Positions 9,545-19,573 of a stretch of 64,000 bases of DNA are shown piece by piece. The notes below the pieces were generated by a model. It was not told where the DNA came from and made no database searches. It saw only the letters and a list, made by a program, of their open reading frames with translations. A program made the translations under genes and the position numbers. Position 1 is the first letter of the stretch; each line of letters opens with the position of its first letter. Origin of the DNA: Candidatus Freyarchaeum deiterrae (GTDB lineage Archaea > Asgardarchaeota > Jordiarchaeia > Jordiarchaeales > Jordiarchaeaceae); the NCBI GenBank assembly GCA_037305845.1, contig CP147778.1, positions 2,720,001-2,784,000 on the forward strand, in the 5' to 3' direction.

Positions 9545-9835
9545 TCCTCAGCAAGAAGAAATAAAAAAAGCAATTGAAACCTTCAGAGTAACAGAGGTTG
9601 AACCTGTAGAGGTTACATATGTAATAGGAAGATTGTTAGGTGAGACTGCTCTAGCGACTGTGGGCAATGTAGAAATAGGGCAAGAGGGTGCTCGAAGTTT
9701 TACTTGTGAAGGAGCTAAAGCAAGTATGTTTAACATATAACACCACAAGGGCGATGTTAGAAAAACTTTTAATGGGATTGAGTAGTTCGGCGGAGAAGCG
9801 ATACACACACAATATACGACGTTAGAAATAGCGGG
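9545..9835 (+). pseudogene. Decayed N-terminal fragment of an SDR (copy of 11485-12438)
   Basis: Sequence tracks 11520-11840 (GAACCTG...GGAAGATTGTT.GGT...GAAGGAGC.AAAG...TTTAACATA.AACACC...TTCGGCGGAGA.GCGATA) with a frameshift, an in-frame TAG and loss of TGxxxGIG. Confidence 0.8.
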
Positions 9836-9898
9836 TTGATGCGGGAAATCTAACTAAAAATAAGGGGGGTTATAAAAACTCTGTTCGGAGGTACCTTA

Positions 9899-11455
9899 AT
9901 GCAGATTGATATTAAAGACGAATATGATGTAATAATTTTAGGTAGTGGCCTTACCGGTCTTATGGTAGGAAATGTCTTGCAAAAAAATGGCTTTTCTACT
10001 TTAATCGTGGATAAGATGCCAAAAGCCGGTGGTAAATGTTGTGAACTAAACTGGCATGGAGTAAAATTCGACAATTTTGGCAAATGGGATACTGTATACG
10101 GAACAAGTAATCCAAAGGAAAGTTCGTTCTATCGCGCATGTATGGAAGCCGATTTGGAGCTCAAATTAAATCCTGTGCCTTGGAGAGTCGGATTCCTCAA
10201 GAAGGGAGGAACTAAGCCCGAATACTTATCAATTGACAACTGGGAAGGCGGTAGGGCGATGTTAGATTTCGCTAAAAAGATGACTGGAATAGAATTAACC
10301 GAATCACAAAAAGAAGAATTCACCCAAACTCTCAAGAAGATGCAATCCTACTCCTTTAAAGAACTGATGAAAATGACTAATTTGAGTTTAAAAGAATGGA
10401 TAGATCAAAATGTTAAAGATGAACTGGTAAAACAGTTTTTTAATCTGGGATGTATCGTAACTGATACTCCACCCGAAGAAGCTGGTTTTCCTCATAGTGC
10501 TTGGACGACAGGGAATTTAGTACAAGGGAAGTTTTCTTATGTAACTGTTGCCGGAGGGTCATTATTCAAAACATTGATAACACCGCTGGTTGAGTCAGCT
10601 CAAGAAAAAGGCGCAGACATCTTAACTAATTACACGGTACAAGAAATTGTAATCAAAGATAATGCCGTAGACAGTGTTTGGATTATGGATAATTCAACGT
10701 TTCTAAACTATAAAATCAAGGCGAAAAATATTATAGTTAACATACCGCTCTTCGATGCTTATCCCAAACTGCTAAAGGATGAAATGTTAGACAGTGATGA
10801 ATTAGAATACATTAAACGACTTAAAGAAACAAATACTAACGATTTATCGTGCTATTACATATTGAAAAAAGGCACGATTAAAGATCTTCCTGGGCATTTC
10901 CACTGTTTCGATGTTACTTCGGGCATTCCTATCTATATCGGTGAGATGGCTCAGCAAAAAGTCTTTGGAGCTATTGTGCCAGATGAGTATGATTATCTTC
11001 AGGTTTACATCCCCGGAGGACATGCTGGAGGTTACTTGATGTACAAAGGTGATCCATATGATGTTTCCTATGAAACGCTGGAAAAAGTCAAAAACCAAGT
11101 TCTCGGAATCATCACCCAATGGATGGTGCCCGGTTTCAAGGAAAATATTGTGTACTCCGCAATAACTTGGTCACCTAATTTCGGGCGATACTGCCAGATG
11201 GCATTCCCTACAAATGTTGAATCGAAATCAAAGAAAATCAATGGACTTTACTTCGCAGGTGATACCGTTGATGTCACTTGTATAGGCAAACTCGGCATAG
11301 AAAGATGCGGTGAAGTCGCCCTAAGATGCACTAGAGCATTCTTGGAAGATAATAAAGAAACCCAAAAAGTCACAATAAGTCGGATTAGTGGGGTAAAACC
11401 CGTCACCAAACCTCAAAAAAGAAAAGGTATCTCTAAAAAAGCTGAAGTCACTTGA
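9899..11455 (+). CDS. FAD-dependent oxidoreductase, phytoene desaturase/CrtI-like superfamily
   Basis: N-terminal YDVIILGSGLTG...DK...GG dinucleotide-binding motif; C-terminal INGLYFAGD. Confidence 0.8.
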   Translation: MQIDIKDEYDVIILGSGLTGLMVGNVLQKNGFSTLIVDKMPKAGGKCCELNWHGVKFDNFGKWDTVYGTSNPKESSFYRACMEADLELKLNPVPWRVGFLKKGGTKPEYLSIDNWEGGRAMLDFAKKMTGIELTESQKEEFTQTLKKMQSYSFKELMKMTNLSLKEWIDQNVKDELVKQFFNLGCIVTDTPPEEAGFPHSAWTTGNLVQGKFSYVTVAGGSLFKTLITPLVESAQEKGADILTNYTVQEIVIKDNAVDSVWIMDNSTFLNYKIKAKNIIVNIPLFDAYPKLLKDEMLDSDELEYIKRLKETNTNDLSCYYILKKGTIKDLPGHFHCFDVTSGIPIYIGEMAQQKVFGAIVPDEYDYLQVYIPGGHAGGYLMYKGDPYDVSYETLEKVKNQVLGIITQWMVPGFKENIVYSAITWSPNFGRYCQMAFPTNVESKSKKINGLYFAGDTVDVTCIGKLGIERCGEVALRCTRAFLEDNKETQKVTISRISGVKPVTKPQKRKGISKKAEVT

Positions 11456-11484
11456 AGCATCATTTAAATTATGGAGGCCGTAGC

Positions 11485-12438
11485 ATGACTTTGGAAAAGA
11501 AGGAAATTAAAGAATCATCAGCGAAGAATAAAGAAAAAAAAATAATTGAAACCGTCAAAGTGAGGGCACCTGAATCTGAAGCCGCCTTAGATAAGTCCAA
11601 AATAGCTGTCGAACCTGAGAAAGTCGCGTATGTAAAGGGAAGATTGTTGGGTAAGGTTGCTCTGGTGACTGGGGGCAGTGTAGGAATAGGACAAGGGATT
11701 GCTCGACGTTTTGCTCTTGAAGGAGCGAAAGTCTGTTTAACATATAACACCAACAAAGATGAGGCGAGAAAAACAGTTGATGAGATTGAAGAGTTCGGCG
11801 GAGAGGCGATATATCCGCAATGCGATGTCAGAAATAGAGAACGAATATTGAAGGTTGTGGAAGAAACCGAGGAAAATTTTGGAAGCATAGACATCCTTGT
11901 GAACAATGCTGGGATAATGGAGCCATGTTTTCTTGTCGACATGTCATTCGAAAAATGGCAGGACATGTTCAAAGTTCATGTTGAAGGCACATTCTCATTC
12001 TGCAAATCCGCCCTCAAAAACATGAAGGAGGGTGGAAGAATTATCAACATATCATCAGTATCGGCAATCAACGGAGATGTATTCTTGTCACATTACAGTG
12101 CAGCGAAAGCAGCAATAGTGGGACTTACAAAATCACTAGCAATGGAAGTGGCACACAGGAAAATCACCGTAAATGCGATTGCACCTGGAATGATTCGTAC
12201 GCCCCTGTCGAAACCGTTAGAAGCGGTTTTACCGGATCTTTGGAAAAATATACCTGTTAGAAGGTGGGGCGAAGTAGAAGATGTGGCAGAGGTCGCAGCT
12301 TTCCTGGCTTCACCAGGGGCGAGCTACGTAACGGGGCAGGTAATCGTCGTGGACGGTGGATTCAGCATAACGAAAGCTGGATATGCGATGGCGGATTTAA
12401 TCACGGACTCTAAAGGTATATTAAACATAAAGCAATGA
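11485..12438 (+). CDS. SDR family oxidoreductase (FabG-like)
   Basis: TGGSVGIG, NNAG, YSAAK, VNAIAPG, DGG motifs. Confidence 0.92.
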   Translation: MTLEKKEIKESSAKNKEKKIIETVKVRAPESEAALDKSKIAVEPEKVAYVKGRLLGKVALVTGGSVGIGQGIARRFALEGAKVCLTYNTNKDEARKTVDEIEEFGGEAIYPQCDVRNRERILKVVEETEENFGSIDILVNNAGIMEPCFLVDMSFEKWQDMFKVHVEGTFSFCKSALKNMKEGGRIINISSVSAINGDVFLSHYSAAKAAIVGLTKSLAMEVAHRKITVNAIAPGMIRTPLSKPLEAVLPDLWKNIPVRRWGEVEDVAEVAAFLASPGASYVTGQVIVVDGGFSITKAGYAMADLITDSKGILNIKQ

Positions 12439-13135
12439 TTTCTATCTTCGGCTGGAATACAGTTATTTATCTCTTCTACTTTTTTAACACGCACGTTCTG
12501 AAGCTCACCGGATAACCTGGTCCACATAGTTCTGGAATCAGCAATATTCATGTGACCTCTGTGCGAAAACAAACTGCATGTAAGAAAGATCATGCATTGG
12601 GATATCAAGAGAAAATCCGCGGTCTTCTAGGAGACTGTGAAGTAGCTCCACTTCACCAACTCCGACTGTAAGTTGTCTAGGTCCCCTTCAAACCCAAAGG
12701 ATTTAGTTCCTCTACCTTCCTCACGTAGTCCAATGAACTGACGTGGTGTTCTTCTGTGGTGAAGCTCTCCTAGATTGTCAGAACCGTAGACCAGATCCTG
12801 CAGTTCTCCCTACTCCATGTGAATGGTATTAAAACCCCGGCCAGATGGATATAACCTGAAATTTCCCAAAGTTCAGCGGGAATTTAATGGATAGTGTGAA
12901 ATTAAATTTCATTTTTAAAATAATATGCATTATTTCTCTAAAATCATATATTATTACCACATGATTATAAAAAACAGCAAAGTATATAATATTGAAACTT
13001 AATACATTAGTTGTCTAAATAGAATTCGAAATGGAAAGCGTAACCATTATTGAAAACATAGTTAAAAACAGCAACACTTTTCTAAGCTGTTTAGATTACA
13101 CAATTTTTAAAAAATGATGCGAGGTGTATGAGATA

Positions 13136-13600
13136 ATGTCTGTAAAATTAGACCCCTTTATCGATGCTCTCGTTTTCAGTACAGTGGTAAGTTCTCTGGA
13201 TAAGCTGGGACTAAACCCAATGTTGTTAGCTCGCCAAGCTGGTAGAATAATGTCAACCACAATAGGTGTTATGGTCCAACAGCTTTTAGGTAAAAATCTT
13301 CCAAAAACTTTGGAAGAGCATTGCAAGATGTCTGAAGCATTTTTTAAACCCGCCCAAACAGCCGACCCGGATAAGTCTAAAATCTTTGCCTCTAACAATG
13401 CTATCAATATGGAGATAGTTGACTGCGTTTACAAAACCCAGGCTGAGTTGGGAAAAAGCTTGGGATACAAAGCCTGCCCACTATGCATCCAAGCCTTCTG
13501 TGAAGCCGCCTTAACTAAAGGCGTAAATATAGCTGAGATTGAAAATTTTCAAGTGGAACGCAATGGAGAAACTTGCATCATTAAAATAAAACTGGCATAA
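13136..13600 (+). CDS. Small Cys4 V4R-like (ligand/Zn-binding) protein, paralog 1
   Basis: DCVY...GYKACPLC...TC pattern shared by four paralogs; ATG after GAGGTG. Confidence 0.65.
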   Translation: MSVKLDPFIDALVFSTVVSSLDKLGLNPMLLARQAGRIMSTTIGVMVQQLLGKNLPKTLEEHCKMSEAFFKPAQTADPDKSKIFASNNAINMEIVDCVYKTQAELGKSLGYKACPLCIQAFCEAALTKGVNIAEIENFQVERNGETCIIKIKLA

Positions 13601-13630
13601 AAATAAAATAAATGCGAGGTGTATGATGTA

Positions 13631-14089
13631 ATGCGTGAAATAGATTCAAATTACCATGCTCTCGTTTTCGGTACCTTGTTTACCGCTTTGGATAAAGTGG
13701 GACTGAATCCCATGTTAATAGCCCGCAATGCCTCCAAGATGTTATCCCAACTGTATGACGGCCCAGCCGAACGAATTTTAGGTGAAAAGCATCCATCTAC
13801 TGTGGAGGAGCTAATTACCCAAATGGAAAAACTAAAAACCAGCAGAACATCAGAAAAGTCTGAAAATTCCTACTCTAACGGCGTTATCACCATGAAGTTT
13901 GTTGACTGTATGTACCTACCCCTGAACAATTATGGAAAGAGCAATGGATACAAATCCTGCCCTATGTGTATCCAAGCCCTTTTGTTATCCTCTTCAATTA
14001 AAGCCCTAAAACTGGGTGAGGTTAAAGATATTCAATTAGAAAACAATGAAAACACTTGCGCCCTCAAACTAAAATTGGCAGAAAAATAA
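13631..14089 (+). CDS. Small Cys4 V4R-like protein, paralog 2
   Basis: LDKVGLNPMLIAR; DCMY...GYKSCPMC...TC. Confidence 0.65.
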   Translation: MREIDSNYHALVFGTLFTALDKVGLNPMLIARNASKMLSQLYDGPAERILGEKHPSTVEELITQMEKLKTSRTSEKSENSYSNGVITMKFVDCMYLPLNNYGKSNGYKSCPMCIQALLLSSSIKALKLGEVKDIQLENNENTCALKLKLAEK

Positions 14090-14415
14090 TCCACATAACA
14101 AGTGTAATTAATAAACTAATTAAGTCAATTTTTTATTTAAAAAACAGGGAAATTAAAAGTAGGGTAAAAAATATGGGTTGACCCTCATTGATACTAAAGG
14201 AGCGATTAGTACTGATTCGCTTGAAAAGCATTACCTTTTTTTACTAATTTTAACCATATCAAAAAATGAGTCGACTAAATAAAAAATTGTGGAAATCTTT
14301 GGACGGCTAATTTTAGACAGAAAACAGTTACTCCTTTTTGCGAATTTTTCATGAGAATAAAATGGGGGTTTTAGACTTGAATTTTCTGAAAAGTGTCGTT
14401 ATTTTTCTCGAATAT

Positions 14416-14650
14416 TTAGATTATGTAACATTTGACTAGGCAATTCTTTTCATTGAATACTTTGACATCGTAATCCCACTCGTAACCAGAAAGTAGTTTA
14501 AGATAGAAGCTTACAGTCATAGCGGCGGCGCACTTCACTTTGACTTTATTTGACTGCTTAAACAGGCCTTCGTCATAGGCTTTTTGGCACCCGTCCATGT
14601 AATGGCATTTTGGCCAAAGGCATTCTACATACTCGGTATAAGACTTTTTT
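14416..14650 (-). pseudogene. Start-less C-terminal fragment of a Cys-rich V4R-like protein
   Basis: Frame reads ...CLWPKCHYMDGC...KC...LSGYEWDY...NCLVKCYII; no start codon upstream of the first Cys before an in-frame TAA. Confidence 0.5.
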
Positions 14651-14708
14651 ATTTTTTTAAAAACAGTAATAAATATTGTCCGTATATATGTTTTTTATTG
14701 GAGGTGAA

Positions 14709-15008
14709 ATAGAGGCGTACCGCATTATTGTAACTGTGAAAGAAGTTAAAGGTCATTGTCCAGTCCACAAGGTGGGAGACCGCTTCGTAGTGGATGAGGG
14801 TCAAATCCTCTCTCTTGACACCGCAAAAAGCCTCTGCGTCCTTGCACTAGCCAGCTTGATTCCGCTCTTTCCCGCCCTATCTAAGGATTTGCCTCTGGAT
14901 GACTGGATGAGTGCAGAAACTCAGTACCTACAGTGTAACGATCCAGGTCCCAAGTATGGCGGCGGTGGCACGGTTATATTCGAAATCAAGAGGGAAAAGG
15001 TTGCTTGA
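14709..15008 (+). CDS. TIGR04076 family protein
   Basis: VKEVKGHCPVHKVGDRF...LC...LQCNDPG...VIFEIKR. Start uncertain (ATG 14688 or ATA 14709 after GGAGGTGA). Confidence 0.8.
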   Translation: MEAYRIIVTVKEVKGHCPVHKVGDRFVVDEGQILSLDTAKSLCVLALASLIPLFPALSKDLPLDDWMSAETQYLQCNDPGPKYGGGGTVIFEIKREKVA

Positions 15009-15589
15009 ATTATAAATAATCCTTTTCTTTTTTGCATTATTTACTGCCTAAAAAACCGTAATAAACGGTATCAGGTAACATTTTTATTGGAGGTTAACTT
15101 GAGTCGAAATTAAACATATTTCTAAATTGATATGGGCTGTGTTTAAGCTGTAGTATTTTCAATACTATACCATCAAAAGTCTTTTCGACAGCTTTACCTG
15201 AACTAGCACAAAAATGAAGAAACTCTTTTGCCTCCGCCAGAATCTCTGGTTATCTAATACAGGCAAAGGGATGAAAAAGTTCTTGATAAGACAAGAATTT
15301 TTAATCTTTTTAAACAAGATAAATTAGGTATAAATACTAATATGTAAACAAGACAGAACATTATTGGAGTTAAAGACGTTAGTATCCGGACTTTTCTTCT
15401 GTTTCATTCTTTAAAAGTCGATAACTCCTTTCTACACGAGGGATGTGGAAGTATGTTATGCCCTTGAGATGTAGGTTAGGTATATAAAAATGTAAATGGT
15501 ATAAATAAATATGCAAGTGGGGTTTTTAACGATATATAAAAGAATAAATTGAATAATATCAATTAAAAAATTGAGAGGTGCAAATCATA

Positions 15590-16057
15590 ATGACAAAGAT
15601 AAACCCCTTTTATTCTGCAATGACTTATGGCACGATGTTGACCTCTTTGGACAAGATGGGAATAAATCCCATGCTAGTTATACGCCAGACGGCCAGACTG
15701 CTAAAGCCACAATTGGGAGATATCGCCAGACAAGCTATAGGTCAAACCGCATCATCAAAAATAGAGGAGCTTGTAGGACAAATTGAACAGTTTGGAAATA
15801 TGAGCGGAGTTGCTGAGCCAGGGAGCGTTAAAGTAAGTTTCTCTGACAATGTTCTTAACATAAAATTATCGGGTTGTATGTACCTAGCTATGGCTAATTT
15901 TGGGAAGAGCAAAGGATATCATGCTTGTCCCTTGTGCGCTCAGGGTCTCATCATGATGACCGTCCTTGACGCCCTTGATTTGGGTGAAGTTAAAGCTATT
16001 ACAGCGGAAAATGATGGAAATGATTGTGTCTACAAAATACAAATAATGCAAAAGTAA
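15590..16057 (+). CDS. Small Cys4 V4R-like protein, paralog 3
   Basis: LDKMGINPMLVIR; GCMY...GYHACPLC...DC. Confidence 0.65.
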   Translation: MTKINPFYSAMTYGTMLTSLDKMGINPMLVIRQTARLLKPQLGDIARQAIGQTASSKIEELVGQIEQFGNMSGVAEPGSVKVSFSDNVLNIKLSGCMYLAMANFGKSKGYHACPLCAQGLIMMTVLDALDLGEVKAITAENDGNDCVYKIQIMQK

Positions 16058-16087
16058 TATGTTAAAAAAATTTGGAGGAAAGTTGAG

Positions 16088-16537
16088 GTGACAGGAGAAA
16101 TAATTCCTTTCTATGACGCCCTAATTTTCGGCACGCTGCTGGCCTCCTTGGACAAAATGGGGCTCAGCCCAAAGTTGGTCGAACGTGAGACAGCCAGAAT
16201 GCTTGATTCAGAACAGAGAGAAATATTCAAGCAAATTATGGGTAAGGAGGAAGCCCCGACCAGAGACGGATTTCTAGCTTACGCAAAAAAGCTGTCTGAA
16301 AATGTGGGAAAAGATATAGAGGTTGCTTTCTCTGAAAATGGCTTCTATGTAAAAATAAATGAGTGTATGTGGCTTGAAACTGCTAAGTTTACAAGACCCT
16401 TTGGGTATGATTCTTGTCCCTTTTGCGCCTTGTGCGCTATTTTGATGGGAACCATAAAGGCACTGGGTTTCAATAACAAAGACTTCAAAGTGAAAACGAA
16501 TGATAAAACTTGCACTATGGAAATAAAAGTTGATTAA
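16088..16537 (+). CDS. Small Cys4 V4R-like protein, paralog 4
   Basis: LDKMGLSPKLVER; ECMW...GYDSCPFC...TC. Confidence 0.65.
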   Translation: MTGEIIPFYDALIFGTLLASLDKMGLSPKLVERETARMLDSEQREIFKQIMGKEEAPTRDGFLAYAKKLSENVGKDIEVAFSENGFYVKINECMWLETAKFTRPFGYDSCPFCALCAILMGTIKALGFNNKDFKVKTNDKTCTMEIKVD

Positions 16538-16906
16538 AAGCCCATACCGTTATAAAATTTAATTCTCTTTCTTTTTTTTGGACTTAATGTAATATGCATA
16601 TGTTATGATCGGCTATGACAAGGTTTCGGCTTATTGTTTTTTTGGGTTAATATGAGAATTTCAAGCTGAGAATGGGAATCCTAAGCACAAAGAGCATACC
16701 TTTCAATCCATAGCTCCTATAATATATAATTATTAAATTTTGATTTTCGCATAATATAAAGCTTTATATACAAAAAATAACTTATTAATTTGTTATAAAA
16801 ACGATAACTAAGAATATCATAATAAAGAAAAAGAAATTATCCTCTATTAATTAGATTTTCAAATATAAAGGATAATTCACATGATTAACATGAAAGAGGG
16901 ATTTGA

Positions 16907-17800
16907 ATGAGCTCAAGAAAAAAGGAAGACATGAAATCATCAAAAGAAACGACTAAAAAAACAGTAATCGATAGAGTTATTAAAAAGGAAGCTGATAAGG
17001 GAAGACTACCTGGTAAAATCGCCTTAGTGACAGGGGGTGGCTCGGGCATTGGACGAGCGATTGCTTTACGCTTCGCTGAAGAGGGAGCAAAAGTTTGCTT
17101 GACATACAATAATAATCGTGAAGGAGCAGAGCAGGTGACAAGAGAAATTGAAGGCCTGGGTGGAACCGCCCTAGCAGTGCAATTGGATGTGAAAGATGTG
17201 GGGGGGATCAACAAGGTGTTTGAGGAAACTTCAAAAAACCTTGGAAATATTGAAATTCTTGTGAACAATGCTGGCACGTATTCCCTTACTTTGGTCAGAG
17301 ACATGACACCAGAACAGCTACAAGACATGTTCAGAGTTCACGTTGAAGGCACTATTTACTGTTCCAAAGCCGCCGTTAAATCAATGAAGGAGGGTGGCCG
17401 AATAATAAATATGTCTTCTATAACCGCATTATCAGGCGATATAGCAATGTCTCATTATAGCGCAGCTAAGTCAGCGATAATGGCATTCACAAAATCACTC
17501 GCATTAGAAGTGGCACGTAAAGGAATTACCGTAAACGCAATCGCACCCGGAGTCATAGCGACACCCATGTCAAAGATGATGAATGACGTCGCACCAGATT
17601 TCACTAAAAACATACCCATTCCCAGGTTAGGCACACCAGAAGAAGTAGCCAGTCTCGCGGTCTTCCTTGCATCATCAGAGGCAAGCTACATCACAGGAGG
17701 AGTATTTGTCGTAGACGGAGGTCTCTCACTATACACTCCAATGAATCAGACATTATACAAATTATTTTTGGAAGCGGAGCTTAGCCAACAAACAAAATAA
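16907..17800 (+). CDS. SDR family oxidoreductase (FabG-like)
   Basis: TGGGSGIG, NNAG, YSAAK. Confidence 0.92.
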   Translation: MSSRKKEDMKSSKETTKKTVIDRVIKKEADKGRLPGKIALVTGGGSGIGRAIALRFAEEGAKVCLTYNNNREGAEQVTREIEGLGGTALAVQLDVKDVGGINKVFEETSKNLGNIEILVNNAGTYSLTLVRDMTPEQLQDMFRVHVEGTIYCSKAAVKSMKEGGRIINMSSITALSGDIAMSHYSAAKSAIMAFTKSLALEVARKGITVNAIAPGVIATPMSKMMNDVAPDFTKNIPIPRLGTPEEVASLAVFLASSEASYITGGVFVVDGGLSLYTPMNQTLYKLFLEAELSQQTK

Positions 17801-18120
17801 CTTTCTACTGCCACCATTTAGAAAAATATTGATGAAAAAGTGCCTTGAACTTTTGTTTTAATCTTTCAAATTTTCTCTCTACTTTTCTTTTGGCGACTTT
17901 TTTTGGATTGTCGAAATATTCCCAAATTTTATAGACATATTTCTTAATCAAAAACAAAAATCTACTAGAAATAAGAAGAGCCAAGTCCTTTTGATAATAA
18001 AAAAGAAGACAATAAAAGAGAGGGGTGAAGAATATTGAAACACTATAACAAAAGATTTCAATGAACTTTTTTTCAACATTGTTTGCCAAATATGCTCCGA
18101 TGATATTAATTGTTTGAATC

Positions 18121-19116
18121 TTACGTTCTTAAAATTTTTAGTGCATGTTGATTTATTGCGTTGGATAATGTAAGACCTCCATCCACGATGATTACCTGTC
18201 CCGTTATGTAGCTTGCCTCTGATGATGCTAAATAGGCTACAATTCCGGCCACGTCTTCCGGTTTGCCATATCTTTGAACAGGAATATCTTTGTAGAACTC
18301 TGGTGCAACAACATCTATCATTTTTGACAAAGGCGTATATATGATTCCAGGAGCAATTGCATTTACGGTAATTCCCCTGTGTGCCACCTCTAGTGCCAAA
18401 GTTTTCGTAAGTCCTATTATTGCCGACTTCGCTGCAGCGTAGTGAGCTCCTAGGACATCTCCTGAAAGGGCGGTCATTGAAGATATATTAATTATTCTGT
18501 CGCCCTCCTGCATGGATTTAATAACTGCTCTTGAGAAATTGAACGCGCCTTCAACGTGAACTCTGAACATGTTACGCCACTGCTCCAATGTCATATCTGA
18601 AACAGGACTCAGAGTAGAATTTCCCGCATTGTTCACAAGAATACTAACCCTTCCAAGATTCTCCTCAGTTTCCCTAAACGCCTCAAACACTTGATTCTCG
18701 TCTCCCACGTCGCACTCAACCGCTAAAGCCTCACCACCTAGATCTTCAATTTCCTTTATCACATTCTTAGCATTTTTAATATTAAGGTCAACCACAGAAA
18801 CTTTAGCACCCTCCATCGCGAAGCGATAAGCAATACCTCGACCAATACCTGAAGCCGCCCCGGTCACTAAAGCAATCTTACCCAACAATCTTCCCTTAAC
18901 ACCCACGACCTTCACAGATTCCTCTACTCTCTGGATATTTTCGGGAAGCTTTTCTTGCAGCTTTTTAGCCTTAAACTTTGCGTGTTCCGATACTATCTGA
19001 GCAAAAATGGTACCGTATATCTTCTCAGTTTCTTCGACTGTGCTTTTTGCAAAAGGTGCTAGAACCTGTCCATCTTTTTCGCTATCTACAATAATTTCAT
19101 TCTTATCATTAGACAT
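18121..19116 (-). CDS. SDR family oxidoreductase with unrelated ~65-aa N-terminal extension
   Basis: TGAASGIG, NNAG, YAAAK; the N-terminus is unlike that of the other two SDRs. Confidence 0.9.
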   Translation of the reverse strand: MSNDKNEIIVDSEKDGQVLAPFAKSTVEETEKIYGTIFAQIVSEHAKFKAKKLQEKLPENIQRVEESVKVVGVKGRLLGKIALVTGAASGIGRGIAYRFAMEGAKVSVVDLNIKNAKNVIKEIEDLGGEALAVECDVGDENQVFEAFRETEENLGRVSILVNNAGNSTLSPVSDMTLEQWRNMFRVHVEGAFNFSRAVIKSMQEGDRIINISSMTALSGDVLGAHYAAAKSAIIGLTKTLALEVAHRGITVNAIAPGIIYTPLSKMIDVVAPEFYKDIPVQRYGKPEDVAGIVAYLASSEASYITGQVIIVDGGLTLSNAINQHALKILRT

Positions 19117-19360
19117 AGGAATCCCGCCTCTTACCTTCTAAAAAACATATATATACACCAATAATTCTCGCCGTAAGAGAAATGCTAGAATTTAAAACAT
19201 TAAATATTTAAAAAGATGTCAAACTTTTTGAAGCACATTTACGCAACTTGAACCCACAATGAGGACGCACAAGGGGGGTATATAAATGATTAAACGTTCT
19301 GTTAAAAGGGATTTCTCAGATACTAAGCAAAAAGGAAGAGACGAGTAATCTCATGTCCAG

Positions 19361-19435
19361 CACCTGAAGCCGCCCGGTCACTAACGCAATCTTACCCAAC
19401 AATCTTCCCTTCACGCCCACAACCTTTACAGTTCC
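19361..19435 (-). pseudogene. Short duplicated fragment of the SDR Rossmann start
   Basis: Near-copy of about 18846-18922 (CCTGAAGCCGCCC(C)GGTCACTAA.GCAATCTTACCCAACAATCTTCCCTT) with a 1-bp deletion. Confidence 0.8.
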
Positions 19436-19573
19436 AAGAACTATTTCGGACTACCGCTTAGAATCATATAAACCACATTGTATAATGAGATGTTACATGG
19501 TCTAATCATTCCTTTGGACGAGAGACTTTGTATCTCCTCTCTAAATTACGAAGTTGGTGTAGCATTTTATTCT

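Noticed and set aside
12440-12880. Relatively GC-rich stretch that may be a minus-strand gene relic
   Set aside because: Interrupted frames and no family I can identify with confidence.
15100-15270. Short minus-strand open frame (PEILAEAKEFLHFC...)
   Set aside because: No start or motif; cannot support a call.
17805-18089. 94-aa minus-strand ORF
   Set aside because: AT-rich spacer between convergent SDRs; biased composition and no motif.
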